64,000 nt of DNA from Leptolyngbyaceae cyanobacterium (GTDB taxonomy: Bacteria > Cyanobacteriota > Cyanobacteriia > Phormidesmidales > Phormidesmidaceae). The notes under the pieces were generated by a model. The model was given only the letters and a program-made list of their open reading frames with translations. It was not told the origin of the DNA and did not search any database. The position numbers were made by a program, and so were the translations under genes. Location: contig CBDHHL010000032.1 of the NCBI GenBank assembly GCA_965263355.1, forward strand, positions 3,072,001 to 3,136,000, given 5' to 3'. Below, piece by piece: positions 1 through 8,190 of the stretch. Position 1 is the stretch's first letter; the number at the start of each line of letters is the position of its first letter.

Positions 1-331
1 GCATTCCCTGGCGACGAATTTTATCAGCAAAATGACATTGGTCTAAGGGGACTATATCTACATCACGATTCAGATGCAACGATAGATCGCCCATCAAACC
101 ACAGATATTGCCTGTGTTCCAGGTGTCTACTGCCATATCAATGTCTGATCTGCGAGTAAAGCGTCCTGGTTCAGTTACTGAGCCGAATACATATCCACGG
201 GTAATGCCATAGGTCGCACTATGGGCACACAACCACTCCATCGCTGATTTTAGCAATTGCAAACGATCAGCTTCATTTTGTTTTTTCTCTCTTGCTAATC
301 GCGCATCTAAGAGCGGCGTTGGAAATGCCAT
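1..331 (-). CDS. Minimal nucleotidyltransferase (MNT/MntA-like), partial; runs off the left edge
   Basis: Not in ORF track. Manual translation from ATG at 331: MAFPTPLLDARLAREKKQNEADRLQLLKSAMEWLCAHSATYGITRGYVFGSVTEPGRFTRRSDIDMAV...RDVDIV. It shows the Pol-beta NTase GS...SDID motif and a third acidic residue in VDIV. Confidence 0.8.
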   Translation of the reverse strand, partial: MAFPTPLLDARLAREKKQNEADRLQLLKSAMEWLCAHSATYGITRGYVFGSVTEPGRFTRRSDIDMAVDTWNTGNICGLMGDLSLHLNRDVDIVPLDQCHFADKIRRQGM

Positions 332-388
332 AAGGCTAGTTTAGAGACAAGTGTCTTACTGCGTATCTTAGATCAAGTGCTAATGGAA

Positions 389-2944
389 CTAAACAATTAG
401 GTAATATAACAAAGCTGTCATACCTAATGTGATGCCGTGTAGGGGGGCTAGTTTTAACCAGGGCTGGCGGGCAATGCGCTGGATTAAGAGGATGCTAAGC
501 AAAGCTCCAAAAATTAGGCTCACCCCTTGTAAAAATGCAATCACTGCTGGATGGGCCACTATAACGGGGCCAGTGCTGGCTAAGCCAAAACTGGCGAGGG
601 TGACTGGAATAATGCGGCCTGCTTCGGTCAGACCAAGGGATAAGTAATGGGCCAGGTTGCTAAAGAGCACGATGGGTAGCCAGCCATAGGCTACCTGGAT
701 GAAGGGACGGGCTTTGAGTCGGGGCTGGATGAGTTGGGTCAGTGTGTAGGCAGTCCAAGCCAGGGACAGTGGGGCAAATAGGAGGAGAAATGTAGCGATC
801 GCATGCCCCCCAAACCCCTCCACCATATCCGCAATCCCTAACCATGAAGCGACTTCCGGTAACCGATGCACCAACACCGCTCCCCACAGCAATAACAACA
901 GCGCTACTTCATGATTCACTGGTTTATGCGTAGTCCATAGCTCAATCCCCGGTGGACGCAAATTAAACTCCACCGACCGATGGGGACAGGCCTTTAAACA
1001 GGTCATACACAGTACACAGTTGCGATTGTCCACCAGCTGCGCCGGATGGGAATACACCGGACAACCCCCAGTTTCCTGGCCTTCTCCTTTTTCAGGACCG
1101 CCCTTATAACATTGATAGGTACTGCAACTGGCCGAACAAATACCCCGTTGCCCTCGCAGTTCTGTCATAGACAGTTTGGCAAATAACCCATTCATGCCAC
1201 CGATGGGGCATAGATAACGACACCAAAATCGACGTTCAAATAGAGCAGAACAAATCATGGCTCCAGCGGTGATAATCAGCAACAGCCAGGCTGATAGATA
1301 GGCAGTATTTTCCAAATTCCATAGCTCTTCCCAGATCAAAATTGCTGCAAAACCGGCATATAAGATCCAACCGCCCCAGCGTTCTGCCCACTGCCTGGGC
1401 CATTCACCCAGCTGCCGATGAGGCCATAGCCACAGAGACAACTTCTGGGTAATCTCGCCATAGATCATAAACGGGCAAACGGCACACCACAGCCGACCCA
1501 CAAAGGGAAATAACAACAAGATTAAGGGCCACCACCAGGCCCAAAAGAAATTTAGGGCAATATTACTGTCTCGGGTCTGGGGACCCAAAAATAACAGAGC
1601 AACCACGAGTATATAAAACCAGCTGGTAAAACCAAAATTGATCCGATCGGGCCACCAGGGGCTGCGCAAAAATTGACGTAGTTCAGGATAGGTATTCAGC
1701 AGGTTCCAACGTAATTGATCGTCTTTTTCACCGGCAGGCCAGAAGACTTCTTCATTTAAGCGAGACTTACAGTCTGATTGTTCAATTGCCCGCTGGACAA
1801 GACCGTCGAGTTCACGTAAATTACCTGGAAAATCATAGCTTTGGAGACGGCGTAAGGCTTCAGGGGTGAGGGTTGGTTTTTTGAGACCCCGTTTCCTGCA
1901 GTAGAGCTGGATATAGTAATTCACCTGGGATTCTATATCGGCTTTGCGGACCCGTAGTGGAGGGACTTTTATCCTTTGTGGAGCAAGGCTAGCAAAGGGT
2001 TTCAGACTCTTTTCTGAAATCATCATGATCCAGGCCAAGCTGGTTTTTATGGCTGGAGGAGCATGACCCGGTTGGGGGCTAGGTTGGTACTGTCCGGTTT
2101 TAATCAGTCTGAGAATTTCAGGACGTAGGGCTGGGTCCAAATCTTGAATATTGTTGAGCAAAAGGGTGCCTTTCCCGAGCCAGTCGAGCAACCCTGGACG
2201 ACTTTCGCCTCGACCAAATAGTTCAATAGCACGCAGGGTTTTGCAGTTCACTTTGATCATGGGTTCTTTTTTGTAGGCCGAACCAAAATGAATTAAGGCA
2301 GCGAGATTATCTTTTTCGAGACCGGGTTCACCAAAGATTAAAACTGGATCACGATGGTCATTGGCGCTCACCCTGGCGGCGTCACGGACGTCCTGACGTA
2401 AGCGTTGGGCATAGCGACTGGCCCCAACGACACCGCGACTGACTTTGGGTACTAGATAGGGGCGTAGCTCTTGTTGTCGTTCTTGCTCGTACAACAGCTG
2501 GGCAGATAGCTGTTCAACTTCTTCGGCAAGGATTTCAGAGAGTTCCTGGTTGAGGCTGGGGTATTCATAGGCAATTTGTTTGAGGCGGTCTGCCGATAGT
2601 TGCCATAGTTCGCAATCTTCAAGGGTGATGACAGTGTAGTCAGTGGTCTGGTCTAGCAGAATTTCCTGTAAATGCAAAATGACACCGGGCAGCAGGTCCA
2701 CGGTTTGGGCTGTGGAGGCGCGTTGGGTGCGGTAGCGTTCTAGATGGCCGCTTTTCAGAATGTATAGGGAATCTGGGTGGGTGTCTTCTAAAATCAAACG
2801 GCGATTGGCTTGGAGGAGGCGTGGTGTGAGGTGGGATGCGATCGCAACCAATACCTCCCCCGGTAAAACCTTTAGGCATGTCGCTTGACGCAGCCAATCG
2901 ACCCGTGCTGCGACTTCAGCCATTTCAGTCGAATACTCCACCAT
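389..2944 (-). CDS. Fusion of cNMP-binding domain, sigma54-activator-like AAA+ domain and polytopic membrane 4Fe-4S domain
   Basis: N-terminal CAP-like segment (SLYILKSGHLE). AAA-like PVLIFGEPGLEKD, GTLLLNNI and YDFPGNLREL. TM helices with RLWCAVCP, RFWCRYLCP and CVLCMTCLKACP. Confidence 0.85.
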   Translation of the reverse strand: MVEYSTEMAEVAARVDWLRQATCLKVLPGEVLVAIASHLTPRLLQANRRLILEDTHPDSLYILKSGHLERYRTQRASTAQTVDLLPGVILHLQEILLDQTTDYTVITLEDCELWQLSADRLKQIAYEYPSLNQELSEILAEEVEQLSAQLLYEQERQQELRPYLVPKVSRGVVGASRYAQRLRQDVRDAARVSANDHRDPVLIFGEPGLEKDNLAALIHFGSAYKKEPMIKVNCKTLRAIELFGRGESRPGLLDWLGKGTLLLNNIQDLDPALRPEILRLIKTGQYQPSPQPGHAPPAIKTSLAWIMMISEKSLKPFASLAPQRIKVPPLRVRKADIESQVNYYIQLYCRKRGLKKPTLTPEALRRLQSYDFPGNLRELDGLVQRAIEQSDCKSRLNEEVFWPAGEKDDQLRWNLLNTYPELRQFLRSPWWPDRINFGFTSWFYILVVALLFLGPQTRDSNIALNFFWAWWWPLILLLFPFVGRLWCAVCPFMIYGEITQKLSLWLWPHRQLGEWPRQWAERWGGWILYAGFAAILIWEELWNLENTAYLSAWLLLIITAGAMICSALFERRFWCRYLCPIGGMNGLFAKLSMTELRGQRGICSASCSTYQCYKGGPEKGEGQETGGCPVYSHPAQLVDNRNCVLCMTCLKACPHRSVEFNLRPPGIELWTTHKPVNHEVALLLLLWGAVLVHRLPEVASWLGIADMVEGFGGHAIATFLLLFAPLSLAWTAYTLTQLIQPRLKARPFIQVAYGWLPIVLFSNLAHYLSLGLTEAGRIIPVTLASFGLASTGPVIVAHPAVIAFLQGVSLIFGALLSILLIQRIARQPWLKLAPLHGITLGMTALLYYLIV

Positions 2945-3407
2945 GGTTGATCACCCTGACTATTCGGATGGTTTGGATGATGACATAATCACCCGCCACA
3001 CTACAAATAGTAAAAAAACGAGGTAAGTGATAGTAAACAGCCAGTTTTGCCAGCTGTCGCCTGCCTGAATAAAGTCTATATCCATCATATTTGTTTATGT
3101 ATCATTCAAGGGTTGAAGCCGGGATTATCATATATGACCTTTGGGGTTAGACCGAGCTGCAACAAAATGTAGATACGATTTGTTGGTTAACTAAGTTGCT
3201 ATAGGTAAACGAGCTTTTAGCACAGCAGGATGCCCATTGATCAAACTGTTAAATCATAGGGTGCTTTCTTTTGAATTTGAAGCTTGGCACTTGTAGATAA
3301 CAGTTACCTTACACAAGAAATTTGGGCGTTCTACCAGCTCAAGATACGTTCAGCATTAGCAATACTACAAATCTGCAACAGTTTTCAGGAGCGTCTGTCA
3401 AAGATAT

Positions 3408-3707
3408 GTGAGCATGTACTTACAAAGTTTCGGTAAACCGTACGGTAACTCACTAACGGCGCTTGAAGTAATCGCTAGGATTAAGTTACCCGGCCCCGTT
3501 GATAGGCTGTTCATTATGCTAAGTAAACCCCTGAAAACTTCTAATACTCAAGATGCTTGGCTCCAAAAGCCACTTAAAAAACTGAGCCGCCATACGTTGC
3601 AAACCTCCCATCCTCATTGGAGTGAAAGCGAGCTAAATCAAGCGATTTTGATGTTGGATCTTAAGCAAGACAATCCTTGTGGTGATTTGGGTTTGATTTT
3701 GACATAA
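3408..3707 (+). CDS. Hypothetical small protein (start possibly ATG 3516)
   Basis: ORF only, in a 1-kb intergenic gap; no recognisable motif. Confidence 0.25.
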   Translation: MSMYLQSFGKPYGNSLTALEVIARIKLPGPVDRLFIMLSKPLKTSNTQDAWLQKPLKKLSRHTLQTSHPHWSESELNQAILMLDLKQDNPCGDLGLILT

Positions 3708-3951
3708 AATCATCGATCAGGCTCAAAATCACGCTTATGGGAACCTTTAGGCTCGGATTCGTTCTGGATAGAGACGTTTTATATCAAGCCTTCCTCACAA
3801 GTCGTCCAGACAACGATTCTGGCCTGAATTTCTGTGTTAAGGTGGCCCTGGATGAGCGTCAATTTCTGCTAGCCAGTTCGTCTAAACCTTTCTGGGTGTC
3901 AGCTGCCTAAGCGTTACTCTCGTCAGAATTTCAATTGTTTGGAGAAGGTCC

Positions 3952-4212
3952 ATGTCCATTTATGTAGGGAATATCGCCTACAGCGTTTCGCAGGAAGATA
4001 TTCAAGAGGTATTCGCAGATTACGGTACCGTTAAGCGAGTAACTGTTCCTATGGATCGCGAAACTAATCGTCCTCGCGGATTTGCGTTTGTCGAAATGTC
4101 TTCAGAGTCTGAAGAAGATGCGGCTATTGACGCCCTAGATGGGGCCGAGTGGCTCGGTCGCGAAATTCGTGTAAACAAAGCTCGTCCTCGGGAGGAAAGA
4201 CCGAAGCGTTAG
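3952..4212 (+). CDS. rbp: RRM-type RNA-binding protein (Rbp family)
   Basis: RNP2 IYVGNI and RNP1 RGFAFVEM; GGAG SD upstream. Confidence 0.93.
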   Translation: MSIYVGNIAYSVSQEDIQEVFADYGTVKRVTVPMDRETNRPRGFAFVEMSSESEEDAAIDALDGAEWLGREIRVNKARPREERPKR

Positions 4213-4244
4213 ATAGTAATTATCCTAGCTAATTTTACTGATGG

Positions 4245-4279
4245 GAAGTGCCACATCTCTGTTGTGAATGTGGCACTTC
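4245..4279. terminator. Hairpin between convergent genes, probable bidirectional terminator
   Basis: GAAGTGCCACAT...ATGTGGCACTTC 12-bp inverted repeat. Confidence 0.65.
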
Positions 4280-4290
4280 TTGGTGTCAAG

Positions 4291-4473
4291 CTACTGCCAA
4301 AAGTACGTCCCCAAGAATACCGCTGCTGTGCTGCCGAACAGGACTGCCCAAATTACCCACTCTAGTGGTGTAATGCTTTTGGGATCAAATTTGAATCGGC
4401 TGGGCTTAGGACGCTTTTGAGGTACTTTGCCATAGTTGGGATCTTGTTCTTTTCTCCGTTTAGCTTCTCCCAT
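4291..4473 (-). CDS. DUF2839-like small membrane protein
   Basis: Characteristic MGEAKRRK N-terminus plus one C-terminal TM helix. Confidence 0.75.
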   Translation of the reverse strand: MGEAKRRKEQDPNYGKVPQKRPKPSRFKFDPKSITPLEWVIWAVLFGSTAAVFLGTYFWQ

Positions 4474-4488
4474 GGGATGCTCCGTTAG

Positions 4489-4842
4489 TTAAGCTAGTTT
4501 TTCTTGTAATTCGGTTTCTTTGGCGCGAAAGCCGACTAGAACGGCCTGGTTGTCTTTGACAAATAGAGGGCGTTTTATGAGCATAGCGTCTGCGGCAAAT
4601 GCATCAATCCATTGATCGTCATTCCAGGTTTTCTTTTCTTCTCCTAATGCTCGATAAGACATGCCGGATGTGTTACGCATGGGTCTGGCGGTTAGAGAGT
4701 TGACCCAGGCTGTAATCTGTTCACGACTAGGGGGATGATCTTTAGTGTTGATAAATTCATAGTCAATGCTATTGTCATCTAGCCATTTGAAAGCTTTTTT
4801 GCAGGTGCCGCAGTTAGGAATGCCGTAAACCTGGAGCGCCAT
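4489..4842 (-). CDS. ArsC/Spx/MgsR-family protein
   Basis: YGIPNCGTCKKA CxxC motif; LIKRP motif. Confidence 0.88.
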   Translation of the reverse strand: MALQVYGIPNCGTCKKAFKWLDDNSIDYEFINTKDHPPSREQITAWVNSLTARPMRNTSGMSYRALGEEKKTWNDDQWIDAFAADAMLIKRPLFVKDNQAVLVGFRAKETELQEKLA

Positions 4843-4884
4843 AGTTAATTTGGTTATGTAATTTGCTTACGGATGGTAGCACCT

Positions 4885-4942
4885 GTAGGGTGGGCATTGA
4901 CTGCCAAGCCGTAGCCAGTAGCCATAGTGAGCAATTCCCACC
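4885..4942. repeat. Degenerate GTAG REP-like element
   Basis: GTAGGGTGGGCATTG ... GTGAGCAATTCCCACC, intergenic. Confidence 0.4.
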
Positions 4943-5029
4943 AGCGAAAGTTTACGTAATCAGTGTTATCACATTGGAGCTTCTGAGGTTAAATAGCCTA
5001 TAAAATCTTAGGTTGCGGGAGATGGCATC

Positions 5030-5695
5030 GTGTATAAGCTAATTATTGGTAACAAAAATTACTCGTCGTGGTCTTTGCGGGCCTGGCTATTTTTAACGGA
5101 AAGCGGGCTATCGTTTGAGGAAATTCGGTTGCCGCTGTTTACGGAGGCGTGGCAGCAGATTGGTCAGTATAGCCCAGCGAATCGGGTGCCAGTGCTGATG
5201 GATGGGGATATTGCGGTTTGGGATACTAGTGCTATCTATGGTTATGTGCGATCGCAGCATCCAAACGCCATTGGTTGGCCCACAGATTTACAGGCTCAAG
5301 CCACGGCTCGCTCCACCGCTGCTGAAATGCATAGTGGTTTTCTGGGTATTCGAGAGCAATTACCCCAAAACATTCGAGCCCGGGTTCCAGTGGCACGAAC
5401 TACCCTAGAACCATCTACTCAGCAGGAAATTAGCCGAGTGGAGCAAATGTGGTCCGAGGCGTATCAAACCTATGGTGGTCCTTGGCTGTTTGGTGATTTT
5501 TCCATCGCCGATGTCGTTTATGCACCTGTGGCGCTCAGATTCGTTACCTATCAAATTCAGTTAATGTCTGGGGCTCAGCCATTTGTAACAGCAGTGCAAG
5601 CCCTGCCCTCTATACAGTCCTGGTCAGAGGCTGCCGCTGCAGAAGTAGAAGCAATAAGCTTTATTGATCAACTACACATCACTGGAAATCAATAA
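5030..5695 (+). CDS. Glutathione S-transferase family protein
   Basis: GNKNYSSWSLR, RVPVL, WDTSAI, AEMHSGF and FSIADVVYAP motifs. Confidence 0.9.
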   Translation: MYKLIIGNKNYSSWSLRAWLFLTESGLSFEEIRLPLFTEAWQQIGQYSPANRVPVLMDGDIAVWDTSAIYGYVRSQHPNAIGWPTDLQAQATARSTAAEMHSGFLGIREQLPQNIRARVPVARTTLEPSTQQEISRVEQMWSEAYQTYGGPWLFGDFSIADVVYAPVALRFVTYQIQLMSGAQPFVTAVQALPSIQSWSEAAAAEVEAISFIDQLHITGNQ

Positions 5696-5861
5696 ATAAA
5701 CTTGGAGATATGCCTACCTGTAGGAGACAACTATTCTATCTATATAAGGGAGATTGATAATTCTTTACAGAATCACAATCATTGCTGTATATCCGTTGCA
5801 TTATTAAAGCGGTAAGCTACGATTAGGAAATTAATTCGTTCACTTGTAGAAACATAAACAG

Positions 5862-5897
5862 ACTATGGCAGCTTTTAGTGAGGCTGTCATAGTTTTC
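5862..5897 (+). terminator. Terminator-like hairpin in the infC leader
   Basis: ACTATGGCAGC...GCTGTCATAGT stem followed by a T-run. Confidence 0.45.
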
Positions 5898-5963
5898 GTT
5901 AGTGTTTCAATTTAACATTGTCCATTTAGTCCTGTCGCGTTCTAGATAAAGAGGGAAAGACTT

Positions 5964-6449
5964 ATCGTACAGAAACATCGAATTAACCGCCAGATTAAAG
6001 CTCCGCAAGTGTTGCTAATTGACCATGAAAACAATAACCGTGGTCTGACTGACACAAAGGATGCATTGAAGCTGGCTGAGGAAGTAGAGTTAGATTTAGT
6101 TCTAGTCTCTGAAAGTAAGCAAGCTCCTGTGGCGAAAATACTGGACTATGGTAAGTTTCAGTATCAGCAAAAGAAGCGCCAAAAGCAGAGTGCTCGCACC
6201 ACAGTTAAAGAGGTGAAGCTTCGCCCTAATGTTGGTGAGTCTGATTATCAGCTGCGTATTACCCAAGCGATTCAGTGGTTAGGTAAGGGAGATTCCGTTA
6301 AGTTTCGGGTGCGTCTGCGAGGACGAGAGCATCAGCATCGCGATCGCGCACTGGAATTATTGGAACGGATTGTTAAAGATCTTAAAGAGGCTGGTAAGAT
6401 CCAGTCGTTTGATCGGCGGGCGCTTGTTTTGCAACTAATGCCAGCGTAG
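5964..6449 (+). CDS. infC: Translation initiation factor IF-3, probable non-canonical ATC start at 5964
   Basis: The in-frame region upstream of the track start encodes IVQKHRINRQIKAPQV (conserved IN..I motif). Also PVAKILDYGKF, VKEVKLRP and RLRGRE. GAGGG SD at 5951-5955; in-frame TAG at 5943. Confidence 0.88.
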   Translation: MVQKHRINRQIKAPQVLLIDHENNNRGLTDTKDALKLAEEVELDLVLVSESKQAPVAKILDYGKFQYQQKKRQKQSARTTVKEVKLRPNVGESDYQLRITQAIQWLGKGDSVKFRVRLRGREHQHRDRALELLERIVKDLKEAGKIQSFDRRALVLQLMPA

Positions 6450-6480
6450 CAGACTATTAATTTTTTATTGTTTGATTCTA

Positions 6481-6508
6481 TAGGCCATTGTTGTATGACA
6501 ATGGCCTA
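6481..6508. terminator. Bidirectional terminator hairpin
   Basis: TAGGCCATTGT-N6-ACAATGGCCTA between convergent genes. Confidence 0.6.
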
Positions 6509-6955
6509 CGTTTGTTCATGCTGTTGCACCATAGTTTCGATATCTTGGGCTGCGACTTTGAGGTCGTCAGCGCTAAGACTGGTAGTGATTGGGTAGTGCC
6601 GATCATCAAGCTGAGTGTAAACCGTAATGGTGAGTTGTTCTAAGGGTTGGCTATTAGACGCCAAATGTGTAGACAGTTGAGAAGCTACCTGGGTGAGGAC
6701 ATCGATCAAACTGGAACGATGGGCCTGAACAGTAAAAATACCAGGTTCCCACTGGGCAATATCCTCAGTGCCCAAGTTCTCAGACTGGGTGGTAAAGCGT
6801 TTGATTTGGTTGATGGCTGGATGCGCCATCAATGTGAGAAAAAGTTGCGAAGTAATGTTGTCGGTAGGAGTAGGCAGTTGGCTAGCAAAGTCGAACGTTA
6901 ACCATAGAAAATGGAGCGGCCTAGGTGACTTGTTGGCATTCTCTTGTGTGGACAC
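6506..6955 (-). CDS. Hypothetical protein
   Basis: 149-aa ORF with AAGGA SD upstream; no motif recognised. Confidence 0.6.
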   Translation of the reverse strand: MSTQENANKSPRPLHFLWLTFDFASQLPTPTDNITSQLFLTLMAHPAINQIKRFTTQSENLGTEDIAQWEPGIFTVQAHRSSLIDVLTQVASQLSTHLASNSQPLEQLTITVYTQLDDRHYPITTSLSADDLKVAAQDIETMVQQHEQT

Positions 6956-7033
6956 AGGTCAGTCCTTTTAGGTGAGTGATTTATGATACCAGTCAATGGG
7001 CTTTCTTTTTACGTTGGTTGGTCTCATAACAAA

Positions 7034-7061
7034 AACCACTCCTAACAAAGCAGGAGTGGTT
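7034..7061 (-). terminator. Intrinsic terminator after htpX
   Basis: AACCACTCCT-N8-AGGAGTGGTT followed by a T-run on the minus strand. Confidence 0.65.
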
Positions 7062-7123
7062 CAACAAGATGTTTTGATTGTCTCCTCTTACTTTTGAAGG
7101 AAGGAAGGAAGAGGAATTTGTCG

Positions 7124-7987
7124 TTAAGCAACTATTAACTCTTTTTCAAGTTCTAAGAGGCGCTCAACCCGTTTGTCTGTTGCTGGGTGGGTAGAAAATA
7201 ATCCGCTAAACATTTGCTTAGGGACAGCATGCATAATCATCAAGGGCTCATAGGCTGGATTACCCGCCATGGGCATTTGGCGAGCGCTGGTTTCGAGACG
7301 CTTAAGGGCATTCGCCAGGGCACGAGGGTTACCAGTGAGCTTCGCAGCGCCAGCATCGGCGGCAAATTCGCGGGTGCGGCTAATGCCAAGTTGAATTACA
7401 GTAGCCGCCATCGGGGCCAGAATCAGTGTGGCCATCAGAGCTAGAGGATTGGGTCCATCCTCGTCGCTAGAGCCCCCCATGCCGCCAAACCACATGGAGT
7501 ATTGCAGTATCTGGGCTAGAAATGCGATCGCACCCGCAATCGTTGCAGCCACTGCCTGGGTGAGGGTATCGCGGTTTATGATATGGCTCAGCTCATGGGC
7601 GATAACACCTTCCAGCTCATCGGCGGGGAGCATTTTCATAATGCCTTGGGTAACGGCAACCGCTGCATGTTCAGGGTCGCGACCGGTGGCAAAGGCATTG
7701 GCCGACTCAGTAGGCAGCATATAAACCCCAGGAACTGGCATATCAGCTTTTTCGGCTAGCTTTTCTACCATGGCGTACAGTTGGGGCTGCTCTTCTTTAC
7801 TCACCGGTTGGGCTCGGTGGGCAGCCAGGGCAATCTTATCGGAGTAAAACCATGAGCCCAGATTGGTCACGGCTGCAATTAAGATGCCAAACATGACACC
7901 ACCTGTGCCGCCCAGGATGTAATAGCTAATGCTAATGAGTAGAGCGCTCAAAACGCTCAGTAGTACAAGAGTTTTAAATTGGTTCAT
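7124..7987 (-). CDS. htpX: Zinc metalloprotease HtpX (M48)
   Basis: NAFATGR, HELSH zinc motif, SRTREFAAD, FSTHP. Confidence 0.93.
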   Translation of the reverse strand: MNQFKTLVLLSVLSALLISISYYILGGTGGVMFGILIAAVTNLGSWFYSDKIALAAHRAQPVSKEEQPQLYAMVEKLAEKADMPVPGVYMLPTESANAFATGRDPEHAAVAVTQGIMKMLPADELEGVIAHELSHIINRDTLTQAVAATIAGAIAFLAQILQYSMWFGGMGGSSDEDGPNPLALMATLILAPMAATVIQLGISRTREFAADAGAAKLTGNPRALANALKRLETSARQMPMAGNPAYEPLMIMHAVPKQMFSGLFSTHPATDKRVERLLELEKELIVA

Positions 7988-8190
7988 ACTATCTCAACCC
8001 TTTGATTTTGCCATTACGCTTATAGTACTGAGAAAAGCTGAGACGGGACAGGGATGGCAATCCGCACTATGACCGAACAGTTATCGATAGGCCGTAATAA
8101 GGTGGGCTGAAATTGTAGATAAATCTATAGTTGTAGGTAACTCTATGTCTATCTGGATCTTTGTATTTCGTTACTCACTGTAGGAGGTTT

